From: Octopus bimaculoides
Lineage: Eukaryota
Length of the DNA: 64,000 bases
Assembly: GCF_001194135.2 (NCBI RefSeq)
Contig: NC_068999.1
Location: 13,524,505 to 13,588,504, forward strand
Direction: 5' to 3'
Shown: positions 1-13,004 of the stretch, one piece after another
How positions within the stretch are numbered: the first letter of the stretch is position 1
How the letters are laid out: each line of letters opens with the position of its first letter
Made by a program: the position numbers and the translations under genes
The notes under the pieces: generated by a model
The model's input: only the letters and a program-made list of their open reading frames with translations
Told to the model about the DNA's origin: nothing
The model's database searches: none

Positions 1-660
1 TAGTAATGAGCAGCTGATTAAATGCCTGCATTTTGAATTAGTTCTAGGACGACATTCTGGTAATTGTAAATTTGGCGCCGTAGATTCCTATGAACGTCGA
101 CAAAATTCTGTTGTCATGTATAAAACTGCAATATTGCCAATAAATTTGATTTAAGTTGGAAGTTTGTTCAAACATGCGATGGAAGCACAATGGAAGTACT
201 TACCGCTTTATACGCCCCATTGTATCTTATACGTCACTCTATGTTGTTTAACTCCGTGAAAATAGTTAGGAAAATCGATTTAATTTTTTTTTTTTTTAAT
301 CTTTTTCATTGCACATAAACAAGGAAAAAAAATGTAGATGTAATAAAACAAAAAACAATGCCGCTTTTATTTTTGAAGATTAACTCTTTGAAATCAAAAT
401 TGTTTCTTTTTTTTTTCAGATACTTTCAGCACTCTCATTTGGGTAGTGTCATGTATTTCCGACACAATTTCATCATGTCTATTCTCTAAACTGTAACCAT
501 TCTGTTATTAATTACGTTTGTGATATAGTTACTAAATAAAAGCAGAATATATCTGTTTGTTCATTTCATTAACTACAATTCCAATACAAGCTGAACAACT
601 CATTGAATCAGACAAATATAAACCCACACAGTGTTACACAAACAGAATCCATACGCCGTA

Positions 661-921
661 AACACACACACACACACACACACAGACACATTCACAAAAA
701 GCCTCACGCACACATAAACACAGACACATGCAAAGACACACACAACCATACACACAGACATGCAAATACGCAGACACAAGCATATACAAATACACAGAGA
801 CATGCAAATACACAGAGACACAACTACATAAATGCACGTTTATATATGGGATATAAACGTATTTGTATATACATAAATACAGGTATACATAGATACACGC
901 ACATACGCACACATATGTTGC

Positions 922-963
<42 letters not shown>

Positions 964-1040
964 CAGAGAGAGACTGAGAGAAAGAGAGAGAGAGGCATAC
1001 ATAATATGGTATAAACACGTTTGTGTGTGAGTGTACGTAC
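661..1040. repeat. Compound (CA)n/(GA)n microsatellite region
   Basis: Visible CA, CAGA and GA arrays. The overlapping HT/RE/SL-rich ORFs are artefacts. Confidence 0.9.
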
Positions 1041-1169
1041 AAGCGTCTTCACGTTTGAGTATGGGAAACAGAAAGATGAATGAGACATAGTGAACCTATG
1101 CTATGCTTATAGATATGTTGGTATATAACATAGATATTATGCATAGTGGAAAATTTACCCTACGTACTT

Positions 1170-1514
<345 letters not shown>

Positions 1515-1538
1515 CCCTAACCCTAACACTAACCCTAC
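1515..1538. repeat. Interstitial telomere-like repeat (CCCTAA)x4, degenerate
   Basis: CCCTAA CCCTAA CACTAA CCCTAC lies between two divergent SINE heads. Confidence 0.55.
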
Positions 1539-1551
1539 GCAATATACCCAC

Positions 1552-1610
1552 AGGCATATGGTGTAACGGTTAAGAGGGCAGGCTACTAACCCCAAATGTC
1601 CGAGTTCGAA
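1552..1610 (+). mobile_element. Truncated tRNA-derived SINE head (same family as 1170-1514, opposite orientation)
   Basis: GGCATATGGTGTAACGGTTAAGAGGGCAGGCTACTAACCCCAAATGTCCGAGTTCGAA aligns with the reverse complement of 1460-1514. Confidence 0.75.
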
Positions 1611-1880
1611 TAAATACGTGTTAAATCGCTCTATTTTATGAACAAGAATATTTAAATAAATATGCTAATATTTGAAAACTGACTTTCGAAATACAATTAG
1701 ACAATGAAATAGTATTTTATCAATGGTTTGCTCACTTAGCAGCGTTGCAATACCAAAAATTTCTGGCAATACATTGCATTGCGATTATCTGGTAATCATT
1801 TTACGTTCTGATATCCAATAAGGATATGTATATATATATATATATATATATATGAAGTGACGGTTAATTGTCAACTTAAT

Positions 1881-2075
1881 GTGGCAGTCCCAGTAGAGGG
1901 AAAGTGCTACTGCTGTTTAGCCGTTTCCAGTTGGCTGTGTGACACAACCGCACTGTGTCCTTATGATTTCAAATAGGGGAGATAATCACCTCTACCCAGC
2001 AAAGCCAGCATCCATAGACTAGTTTCAGATTCATTGCTCTTCATCAGTCTGGAGTAGCTTGATTTGCTATCTGTC
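1881..2075 (-). mobile_element. Short interspersed repeat carrying an HHR (retrozyme/PLE-pLTR-like)
   Basis: About 130 bp is homologous to the inverted copy at 2201-2349. It contains the HHR at 2011-2053. Confidence 0.6.
2011..2053 (-). ncRNA. Minimal type I hammerhead ribozyme, intact catalytic core
   Basis: Minus strand reads UCCAGA CUGAUGA AGA-GCAAUGAA-UCU GAA ACUAGU C / UAUGGA. It has the canonical CUGANGA and GAAA, a GUC triplet, a palindromic helix III (ACUAGU) and stem I pairing 5/6. Predicted cleavage is between 2017 and 2016. Confidence 0.75.
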
Positions 2076-2200
2076 AATGCTTATTCACCTTTGAAAAGCA
2101 TATAGATTAAACGTGAAATAAATTCACTGATCTACAAATGACAAAAAATGTATTTCGAAATCTGTCAGAGAGATTTATACAGTAGTAGTACGATAAAGTG

Positions 2201-2349
2201 ATCGATGCTGGCGTTTCTGGGTAGAGGGGCTTATCTCCCCTGTTTGAAATCATAAGGACCCATTAAACAAGTGTCACGTAGCCAACTAGAAACGGCGTTT
2301 CCTGAGGAACAATAGCAGTAGCATTCTTCCCTTTACTGGGACTGCCATA
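2201..2349 (+). mobile_element. Inverted, diverged second copy of the 1881-2016 repeat (lacks the HHR)
   Basis: GATGCTGGCGTTTCTGGGTAGAGGGGCTTATCTCCCCTGTTTGAAATCATAAGGAC...ACTGGGACTGCCA matches the reverse complement of 1881-2012. Confidence 0.75.
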
Positions 2350-2449
2350 CTAAACAACAAACCATCCCTTGATCCTGCTGCTATTGTATAAATCTCTCTG
2401 AGAGTTTTAGAAATGTAATATTTCTAATTTTATATTTATATATATATGT

Positions 2450-2492
<43 letters not shown>

Positions 2493-3494
2493 CGTGTATG
2501 TGTGTGTGTGTGTGTGTTCCAGAGTAGATATATTATTTCACATTTTAAGTTCTTACCAAAAATTTGGAATAATAACCATGAAGTAAAACTTCTACTTTAT
2601 TGTAAGAATATATATTATACATACAGAGCTGGACTTTCTACGGCGAGCATGCTCTTGCTTACCCCCAAACTTAGTTTCTCGAAATGAGTGGTCCCGTGAC
2701 GAAGCACTCTACAACGCTTTTAAAATATGGGAGAACATTACCTCAGGAAGGCAGAGACACTATTCACTGAGACCCTTTCGGCGCCCCTCTCGCTACGTAT
2801 AATATACATATGTGTGGTGTTATATAAGACGCAAGTTTCTGGCGGTACGAAGACAGCAAACTTCATGCAACTTTCAGAAACACAAAGAGTTTATCAAGTA
2901 TAGAAGATTGTGGTATTTTCCCATTTCGAAGCACGATATGCTGAAAAAATTGCTTTCTTTTAGTTCACTGTTTGCAAATAGGGCTGCTATGAATACGAAT
3001 AAAAATTAATACTGCGGGAGTGGAGCAGGTAAAATCAAGGCTACGTATATTTCTTAGAAATATATCTTAGAATTAATAATTACTGAACGGCGTGTAATCC
3101 ACAAGATACTCACCAGAACTAAGATGCCTTAGTTATATGAAGGGTACATGGCCATTAAGTTAAGTGATCTGGAGATCTACTTAAAAACGAGTAGTGAACT
3201 GGTGGAAAGGTGTGATATAGAAAAATAGATAGATATATACAGAAACACAAATACACAAATACACATATGCACACATTAGACTTTAACTACCGTAATATAT
3301 ATATATTAAGGCGTTTATATGCATATACAAAACGTTCGCCGCGGAAGGAATTAAGCTATACATATACATATATATGTAAATACACAGTCGCCACACATAA
3401 CCGAATATTTATATAGCGTTTGCGATGAGTAAATTGTTGGCATTTAATATATTTTTTTGGTATTACGCATTGTTCGTTTTAGATTTTGTCGACT

Positions 3495-4245
3495 CCACAG
3501 TCCAATAGCGACATTTGGACATCGTGTGTGAAAAAATAACACCATGACGCAATTCACTCCAAGAGAAAACCGGAAACGGCATGCCGTGCTGCATCACGCA
3601 TACGTCGGCAGCTCAAATACGAATATTTCAGAGTGTTTGTGCGTCACTATGTAGGCATATACCTAGAGTGATGAGAATCTAGTTAAATTCATGGTGTTTG
3701 AAGTGTTCACAAGTGATGGCGATGTTATGCCTCCATTCATCTTCCCTTACAGCCATAGACTCAACATGGAGCCCAACATCATGTGCCTGAAGGAGAGAGT
3801 GCTGCCCTTGGTCAAGAGGCAGACTGCTAGATGACTAGCTGGAAGATCCTAGTCATGGCTTTCAGACAATTTCTGCTACCAAATCACACATCTGGTGATC
3901 TAACTCATCAGACTGTAAACCCTTTGACAATTATTTGAGGGACGCACTTGAGCGAGAGACCAACACTAATCCTTGTAACACCAATGATAAACTGAATGCC
4001 AGGATTACGGAAGCATTCACCATCTTAAACGAGGAGACCGTCCAGGAGAGTTGTAGAAGATTCAGAAGTCGTCAGGAAGCAGTGGTTGAAGCCAATGGCT
4101 ATGTTATTGAATCAATCAACTCTTCAGTATTTCAAAATAATTTCATTTAATTCTGGTAAATATATCTGTTAAAATGAGATGTCAGAATTATATTCTGTTT
4201 TTCTTTGTTTTTGCTTAATTTAGACGACAGTTTATTCACCACCTG
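3495..4245 (+). mobile_element. Internally deleted Tc1/mariner-superfamily transposon (probably DD37D/maT-like), pseudogenised
   Basis: ATG at 3544. Remnants read MVFEVFTSDGDVMPPFIFP and (SPD-like) SDCKPFDNYLRDALERETNTNPCNTNDKLNARITEAF...SCRRFRSRQEAVVEANG. Confidence 0.8.
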
Positions 4246-4508
4246 TGACATCACCTCTGAGAATAGACTAGCCAAAATCATATAAGTAGCAGCGCTTTTG
4301 ACTGAGAGTGAGAAATGTGAAATCAATGAAAGTGGAAGGGTGTCGCTTTTAAAATGGTACCGTCACAGGAAATTGTCTAGAAGTTGTTATAGTTCATTCA
4401 GTATTGTTTTAGATTAGTTACAGTTGTTGGCAGAGTAATTAGGAATGCATGAACTGGAGACAGTCCCGCCTGTTCTGTATCAGTGCAGAGCACTAAGCTG
4501 ACACACGT

Positions 4509-4622
4509 AGTAATAATAATAATACTACTAATCATAATAATAATAATAATAATAATAATAGTAATAATAATAATAATAATAGTAATAATAATAATAATAA
4601 TTCACACACACACACACACACA
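4509..4622. repeat. (TAA)n then (CA)n microsatellite abutting an N gap
   Basis: Direct inspection. Confidence 0.9.
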
Positions 4623-7079
4623 NNNNNNNNNNNNNNNNNNNNNNNNNNNNNNNNNNNNNNNNNNNNNNNNNNNNNNNNNNNNNNNNNNNNNNNNNNNNNN
4701 NNNNNNNNNNNNNNNNNNNNNNNNNNNNNNNNNNNNNNNNNNNNNNNNNNNNNNNNNNNNNNNNNNNNNNNNNNNNNNNNNNNNNNNNNNNNNNNNNNNN
4801 NNNNNNNNNNNNNNNNNNNNNNNNNNNNNNNNNNNNNNNNNNNNNNNNTATATATATATATATATATATATATTTATAATAATGTGTGAGTGTGAATTTG
4901 AATAAATGAGAGAAGCCGGACAGTTACTGTAATTGACATAATTGATTTGCATTCTTCCTTCTAGATTGCACTCATTATTCAAATAAATATAAGAATAAAA
5001 TTAATTATAGTAGTTGCTTATCTTGTTGTGCTCATGAATGCTATCATTGTTGCTTCTACTACACCGGCAATTGCAACAACATGTACGTTTAAAACATTCA
5101 GTCAATTTTTAATATATATAATTTGTTTCCTTCATTTAGCATTTCAATATGTTACTACCTGATATTGGTTTCACAGCTACTTTAGTTAATTGTACATTTC
5201 TTGAGTGTTTTGATATATTTATGAAGGAACAAATCTGCCTCACTCTCCTCAATCAATCATTTAAATTTCTTGCCGATGTTACTTAAATCCTTATTACAAG
5301 TATGATCCGTTTTAATTTACAATAATCCAAAATTCTTGAAGATCCATTAATTTCTGACGTCTATATTTTGTACTCAGAATAGATGGTTCAAAGTCAGCAT
5401 CAAATAAACAGCCAACTATTCCCTTCTGATGTTTCCCTGATGCAGAATACAGGCTACTCATTTGAGCTTTCAACAGCTACTCATTTCAATTTTCAAAACG
5501 TATATTAAATTTCCAAATGTAGCTGAATTTTCAAAAACGTACTGTAACGTTAGACGATCATTTTCCCCGAAGTGTTATCCTTCATTCTCATACCGATATC
5601 TACTTGGTCAAATCGTATTCATATTGGTTCTGCAACATATATTTTCATGTCTACGATTCTTACAAGTCCTCTAGGTATTTTTCTCTATAAGTAGAAATTA
5701 TATTTTGAACCATCTATTCTCTTTCAAGAAAGAAAATATGCAAACTGTGCAGATGACATGCCTCATGAACATTGTTTGAGGCAACATATCTTTATTGCTA
5801 TGTATTTCAAAGCCTTACTCTGTTAAGCACACTCTTACCGTCATTTCTTTTTTAACCCCTTGAGCTACACTTTTGCCCAGTCCTTTTGATAGCATTGCTT
5901 TTCATCTTAAGTCTTATGAAACGCATCACAACAATACATTGCCTTAAAATCTAACACTTCACCTTAGTTGTCAACACTCAAAATGTATGGGAGGCTAACG
6001 CCTTGGAAAATAAAGGAGCGTATTTCGACATTGCTAACTAGTTGCACATGTGAAATTATTTTTGTATTTACCTCTATGAAGTAAAAAGTATCATACATAT
6101 TAATTCCATTGGAGATTCTGATGTGCAGAATCATATGCGATTTCAGAAGCGAAAATGCAAAAATGGACAAAAACATTTTTACCGTCGAGCTAAAGAATGT
6201 GCCAGCTCCCTGATTTAGCTTCAGATTTCATATTAAGACGTGGTATCACCTTGTGATAACGTTTGAAATATTTCTTCTCGGGGGAGATTTATTTAACAAC
6301 CTAATCATCTACTCTTCGTCAGAATTTGGTGACTTTATATTACGTAAGTTCAATTTTAAAGCTTTTATTTCCAGCGTGTCGAAATTCATTTGAATTTATT
6401 TAATTCATTGTGTACATTTCCTATCAACTATGTATACACATTCATGCTTCATATTTCAATTTGTTCCTGGAGCTTCTCCCATTCCAAAATTCTGATGAGA
6501 TTCTTTTGAAAGACGCCGTGTAATGGAATTATTATATTGTTGATACACAATGAAACTGAACGCTGGACAATGTGGTTGCAGACAATACTTCTGACCGCGC
6601 ACTAATGCCTGCCATTCGTCCATATATGTTAGTTAGTAAAGAATTTTGCACACGAATGTACTTTTAGACAAAAATCGTAATCTTATTTTATTGTTTAACT
6701 ATTTTAATTTCGTTTAATTTTCTATTATTTCAGAAATCGTCGACTGGAAGTTACAGGTGTATAAAATCCCGATATGAATCTTCTGTAGATTCATAAATAT
6801 CTCAGCGTCACCTGTACTCCTTTCGAAACAAATATATTTATGATATTTATCCCTTTCAGGATCTTATCGTTGGAAAACTCCTCACAATAATCTCATTTGT
6901 TCAGCATTTAGAATTCATCATTATGAAAAGAGACACTTTATACATAATATTTCTTGCTTGTTTTCAATTTAGATATGTGTATTTGTGTATGACTGTCTCA
7001 GTGTTTGTGTTTCTGTGTGTGATTGCGAGATGACTACATACTTCATATTTAAGTATGTAAACCTTTGTGCAATTTCCTA

Positions 7080-7588
7080 TCATCTATGAACAGATACTGT
7101 TAGCATAAAACGTCTTAAAGTTTGAATCATTTTATGGAGTACATATATGCTTCTAAATGTAGCATTGCATTTGGTAACTTTCTCAAGCAAATCCCACCAT
7201 CTGTTACATGTGCTGCAGAATACCTTCATATCATACACACCCACGAACTCATTAGATTTATCCCATGCTATACGTACACCCACTTCCAAGAAGGATTTCC
7301 CATCTCTATTATCTTCATTATAATTCTTGTTTTCACAAACCAGCATTAGCACACACACATATTGATATGTTTGAACAAAGTCAGGATTACCTTTGCTGAT
7401 GTATATTCACATGAGAAGAATATCATGCTTGGCTCTTATAAAATATTTCATACCTTTATCTATTGCTATTCTAGCACACATATCGATATCTGCTATTTTA
7501 ATTCAGCATCGGAGGATTATTATCCTAACTCTCCAAATGATGTAAGCAGTCTCTATCTGACAGTTCTCATAGCAACACATGATACCTC
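7080..7588 (-). pseudogene. Decayed tandem WSC-like domain coding sequence
   Basis: Minus-strand peptides are VSCVAMRTVR*RLLTSF, ADIDMCARIAIDKGMKYF and LEVGVRIAWDKSNEFVGVYDMKVFCS...KC...IYV. The ARIAxDK(G) motif occurs twice and resembles invertebrate WSC-like repeats (GC..D..R; CAxxAxxxGxxxF..C). Stops and frameshifts are present. Confidence 0.4.
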
Positions 7589-8319
7589 TAGAATATCTTC
7601 CGTCAGAGTACACTTACGTATTTAGTATCTAAATGTTCTGTATGAAGTGGACATTTCAGTATTATGCTGCAGTATAGGAACCCATTAATGGAATGTCCTT
7701 TTAAATTCAAACTAATCATTTATATCTGTAACATACTTGTTTTTAAATGATGCAGTTTATATTCAGGTCATCAGCATTTTTGCAGCTCTACATTCAATGA
7801 CAATCCCAGTGTAAGATTCCATGTAATCGGATACATCTATGATTACATATTAGCCGTTGCTATAAGAGTAATCACTTGTAGAATCATCCATCCTGAATTA
7901 ATCGAATGCCGCAGAATTAGGTAATTGCTAGAGTACATAACAAAATATCATATGAAATTTATTTTGGACACTTTCTCTTCTGTGTTCAAATTAAGATATA
8001 GTAAATCATTTTGTCTAGTTTTTTCAGTGTCGATTACAGTATATGCAGTGATTGGGTCAGTTGTTTACATTAAATGCCTTCTGTGTATCTGCTTGTATAA
8101 AAAGAACAAAAAAGAAAATCATTGTTAACGGTTGTTTTATGATGTTGTTTTATTTCTTTCTCACAAGAATTGTTAGTAGAACATAACTGGGAAAATGCTT
8201 AAATTAGTATAGTTTCCGATGAAATAAGTTGTTTCACAGCGCTACATAATGCAAGATTCTTACTTCCATACAGATATTTCGTCATCGAATTGGGTACAAG
8301 TCCCCCATTTAGGCAATTT

Positions 8320-9440
8320 TGAGTCTCTCATTTAAGCTACTACTAACTTCCTTTAACCAGAATCTTTGAAGCAATTCTGCTCCTAGGCCTTTCCAATCCT
8401 GCATATTTCCTAAAACTTGACTTACTAATAGACTTATTAATCTTAGATGAGGCTGCTTCTCACTAACTAGCTCTACCCTCAACTTCTTTAAGCATGCTGC
8501 ATCTTCATTATGCTTAAGTGGCTTACCCTAAATATCGCACCAGGACTTCCTACTTGTGCCTGATCAGAATTAGGCCTCTCATCTTTATCTAACGTATTTA
8601 CTACTTATCTAACTATAAAATCTTGTTGAAACTACTTCACGCAATTTTTTTCTTTTTCTGGTGATCCTTAGATGTTCATTTAGGATATCCGGAAAACTTA
8701 CGTGCTTTGCAAAGATACGCTTTTGCAGCTCTTACATGATTCCCCCTAATCATTTGTTTTCGACTAAGAAATGTTCTTAATATATTCTACTCTTACCTTT
8801 CCTAACTTGTCGTATTCCAGGCCTGAATTGTACTCGTACCTTGTCTGAAATCTTCACTTTATCTTCTGCTTTCCATCTGTTCTTTCCTAGTCTTGAAGTA
8901 GTACTTAGTTTTCTAGTAACAACTACCTCTCTTACGTAGTTGAATATGTTAGTGTTCCCTATATTTTTATTATCAATCATACAGATAAGAGAATCTAATT
9001 TCTTAGTAATATAGTACATCTTCTTTCTATTTTCACTTTTTAATGAGCTTAACATTTTTTTCCCTCTTTAATCATTTATTTCTTCAATTGACCTAAGATC
9101 TTCACATCTTACTTATTTACATTGCTGGTGTTAGGGTTCCCTTTCCGATTCATTGTTTTATCATTCCTTCTTGTAAGCTATTGCTTGGCCTCAACTATAT
9201 CACTTAATCAACTTGCTTCATCCTGGTTTGTGCAGTTTATGTTTTCTATCTCTTATTTTAATTGCCTTGCGAAATCTTCTACCCCCAATTATGTTATTCA
9301 CTGAGTTCGATTAATAGTATTAGCTACTTCCACTAGTCTTTGTTAATTAAGTTAATGCCGTATGTGCGTTTGTTATTGCATCAGCATCACCAAGAATCAC
9401 ATGTTTGTTTCTTCTTTTCCCAGTTTATTCCATCGTAGGT
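8320..9440 (-). mobile_element. R4/Dong-type non-LTR retrotransposon fragment (region N-terminal to RT), decayed
   Basis: Minus strand gives ...KPLKHNEDAA.LKKLRVEL..EKQPHL...LGNMQDWKGLGAELLQRFWLKEV, matching the pre-RT FW..IW....HN..A.W...NWKAPGPD...FWLK motif. The core is 8320-8700; the extension to 9440 is weaker. Confidence 0.65.
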
Positions 9441-9482
9441 GTGCTGATATCATCTGATTAACTACACATACATACACATGTC

Positions 9483-9552
<70 letters not shown>

Positions 9553-10002
9553 NNNNNNNNNNNNNNNNNNNNNNNNNNNNNNNNNNNNNNNNNNNNNNNN
9601 NNNNNNNNNNNNNNNNNNNNNNNNNNNNNNNNNNNNNNNNNNNNNNNNNNNNNNNNNNNNNNNNNNNNNNNNNNNNNNNNNNNNNNNNNNNNNNNNNNNN
9701 NNNNNNNNNNNNNNNNNNNNNNNNNNNNNNNNNNNNNNNNNNNNNNNNNNNNNNNNNNNGCACTCTTAATCTTAGGCCACTTCGTTGATAAGCATCCATA
9801 GTTTTATTCAATCCGGATTTTTTTGTTGCACACAATCACAATTCGAAACTTGTAATTATGTCTTGTTTTGCTAAAAGAGTTATGTCTCCGTGTAGCTAAT
9901 CTATGTATATAGCTCCTTTTGTTTAAAGTCTGATAATGCTTTTGTTTAGCGGCGTGTCTGAAAGTTCAAAAGTTAATTTCGCTTATTCTGTTATTCATTT
10001 TC

Positions 10003-10003
<1 letters not shown>

Positions 10004-10049
<46 letters not shown>

Positions 10050-10073
10050 GTATTAGTATTATTATTATTATTA
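10004..10073. repeat. (TTA)n microsatellite (a TAA tail in the sense of the adjacent minus-strand element)
   Basis: Direct inspection. Confidence 0.9.
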
Positions 10074-10074
10074 C

Positions 10075-10400
10075 GGAGATGTACTTGCGACCTGATCTGA
10101 GATCGTGTGCTGGAACGAAAACAATTGCAGAGTCGAAGGTGTTTATAAGCCATTTAAGAAACACACAAACTCCGGTAGATTCACTTCAACATTGAAATTT
10201 AATTTGCCAATATATTTTCGTCGCATTGAGACCGCGACCTGTTCACTGACAAAATTCCGTGCAGCACAGAAGGCACGCCACATTTTCGATATATTGTTAA
10301 GATTCACTCGGCTGGTTGATGTACAATCGCAGATTGTTCTTCCTGTTGACAAACATAGATCATGCATTCTATGAGATCTCTTCCACCTCTCTTTCCATGC
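10075..10400 (-). mobile_element. Interspersed repeat, probable PLE pseudo-LTR, carrying a variant HHR
   Basis: GC-richer island containing the HHR fold at 10203-10253 and ending at a TAA array. The PLE assignment is inferred from the HHR. Confidence 0.5.
10203..10253 (-). ncRNA. Variant minimal hammerhead ribozyme with G3-C8 swapped core
   Basis: Minus strand reads UUUGUCA GUGAACA G GUCGC-GGUCUCAAU-GCGAC GAA AAUAUA U / UGGCAAA. Stem I is 7 bp (one GU), stem II is a perfect 5 bp, and the core is GUGANCA. U16.1 appears changed to A in this copy. Confidence 0.6.
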
Positions 10401-10539
10401 ACATGCAGTGTGTTACTATCGCTTTTTGCGGTCTAGTCCCTTGTTAATTGTCATCAGGTTTATAGTATTCCTGTCCATTTTTAAAAGCTTGTTCCTTGTC
10501 CACCTAACATCCGCGCCGTACATCATTAAGGAAACAGCT

Positions 10540-10973
10540 ATCAGCATCATCATCAGCCTTAACATCACCATCATCATCATCATCTTCGTCACGACGAGAA
10601 CGACAACGACGACCACCACCACCACATCGTCATCGTCATCATCATCATCATCATCATTAACATCATCATTTTCTATGTTTGTGTTGTTGTTGTTGTTGCT
10701 GTTGTTGTTGTTGTTCTTCTTCTTCTTCGTCTTCTTCTTCCGCCTCTTCTTCTTCGTCTTCTTCTTCTTCTTCTTCGTCTTTCTCCTCTTCTTCTTCGGC
10801 TTCTTCTTCGTCTTCTTCTTCTTCTTCTTCTTCTTCTTCTTCTTCTTCTTCTTCTTCTTCCTCCTCTCCTTCTTCTTCTTCTTCTTCTTCTTCTTCTTCT
10901 TCTTCTCCTTCTTCTTCTTCTTCTTCTTCTTCTTCTTCTTCTTCTTCTTCTTCTTCTTCTTCTTCTTCTTCTT

Positions 10974-11045
<72 letters not shown>

Positions 11046-11050
11046 GTTAT
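10540..11050. repeat. Compound trinucleotide array (CAT)-(GTT)-(CTT)-(ATT)
   Basis: Direct inspection. It is the source of the poly-F/K/S ORFs. Confidence 0.95.
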
Positions 11051-13004
11051 TCGAAATCAATAGTATAGTATGAAATGAAGTTGAGGTGTTTCAGTATTTC
11101 CTCTCTTCATTCACATCTATGTAACATTACTGAAATTTGGTAGTAGTAAATATATTCCGGGAAAATATATTCATCATTTCATTTGAAAATAATGAATGAA
11201 CAATGCCATATAAATTGCTATTGTCTAATAATGTAAAAATATAAATATATCATAATACCGTGACATTTATTAATTCATCATCTAAATTTGGTTATGGTTA
11301 CTCGTCAGTAACTTAAAACAATGCATCAGTGAAGAATTTAATGTTATTTTTTTGTTCTTGCGTCGTATGTTTTTCTCTCTCTTTCCTAATGGTCCCTCGA
11401 CTCCCTGACCCGTTGCGCTTGTACCATCAATTAAAAATCATAGATAAAATGTCTGCCTGTTCAAACGGACTTGACATTAGTTTAAAATGCTTTCTTTGCG
11501 CATTATATTTAATCAATATTGAACCACGTTTCTGATTTCTAAAACAGAACATACGAAAACAGCAGTACAGCATAAACAAATATAAAAGAAAACAAAATCA
11601 AATATAAAAGTAAAATGATTGAAAAATTAAACAAAATGAAGAAAGCCATATCAACAAATACTATAAACCACTCACTACTTCTCCAATTCTTCCCAACGCC
11701 ATTTACAAGCAATGTCTGCTTCAATTTTTGTTTGAAAGTAAGGAAGTCTATAATAATATTAAGATTGTATTCAAAGTGTTATAAATCGAAAGTGTTATAA
11801 ACGAAGATCAATATTGTGGTGAGGTTGGATGGGAAATGTTCGTTAAAATCATAATCAATATAACATCGATGCGTATTGTTGCTGCTGTACTTGATATCGC
11901 CATCGTAGTTATTAATGTTGTTTCGTATATCATTAGGTTTTTGTTGTTTATATTGCTACTATAAATGTTGTCGTTTCCATAGTCTAGTCGAATTTTAACG
12001 ATGTAACACTATTGTTTTATAATTATTCTTCGGTTTCTCTATATTTTCTCCGTCATGTTATGTTCATTTTTCATCGGTATTCAGAATATGATGCACTTGG
12101 CACAATTTCATATCAAGACCATTAAGAAATAATTATGCATTTCCCTAAGTTAACTAGCAATCCGTTCAACATGATATTAGAGAAAAAATGTTTCTTTTAT
12201 GAGATGAACTGACAAGTATTTCAAGTATTTTAATAAGAACGAAACAATGTTTATAATGAACATATTCAAGTAAATTCTCATTCATCACTCTATTTTCTTT
12301 CTGACGTAGAGCTAATGTTTCTGGCGATGATTAATGCAGTTTTGACTAGACAAGATCCATGTTTTGGAGCGGCGATAGGTAATATTTGTTTGGTTACGAA
12401 TGTAGTATTCACGGATTGATAATCAACTAAAAGGAATTGTGGTTGTTTGAGTCTCGGTGACCTGACTCAAAGCAAATGAACACTTTCTAGAAATAACGAT
12501 ACTTATGTATTCGCTGACCAATAACATAGCACAACTCATGCAAGAACAAGGCGTTAAAGAACTCATATTCTTTAGAAATAACAAATAATATACCAATGGA
12601 AACACGTACACAGCTAAATTATCATTACTGATAAAAAAATAAATAAATAAACGATAGGTGAACAAATCATAACGTAAAACAATTCAATATATACGACTGG
12701 ATCTTACATGCCGATTTCATCAAGGATAAATGTTATCTTGAAAATGTCTCTGTATGTTAGAGATCTATTTGTAATCAATCTTTTGCTAACGAGGTATACA
12801 GATATAGGATGGAAAGGAAATATTCTCTCATTTATAAAGACGCTTGAAATGAGTGTTACACATTAAATTGTATTGGTATCTTTTCCGTCTTTATGTTCTT
12901 TCTTCCTTTCAGAGTCGGTATAATACATACCAGTTGAGCACTGCTGTGGGTGTAATGAGATTCCGCTCATCTGCGAATTTGTTAGCCTTGACCGAAAAAG
13001 TATC

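Noticed and set aside
6493-6530. CTGATGA...GAAA resembling a hammerhead
   Set aside because: There is no credible stem II or III, and stem I does not close.
12310-12378. Possible plus-strand exon ELMFLAMINAVLTRQDPCFGAAI
   Set aside because: Splice signals are only moderate, with no homology and no consistent gene model.
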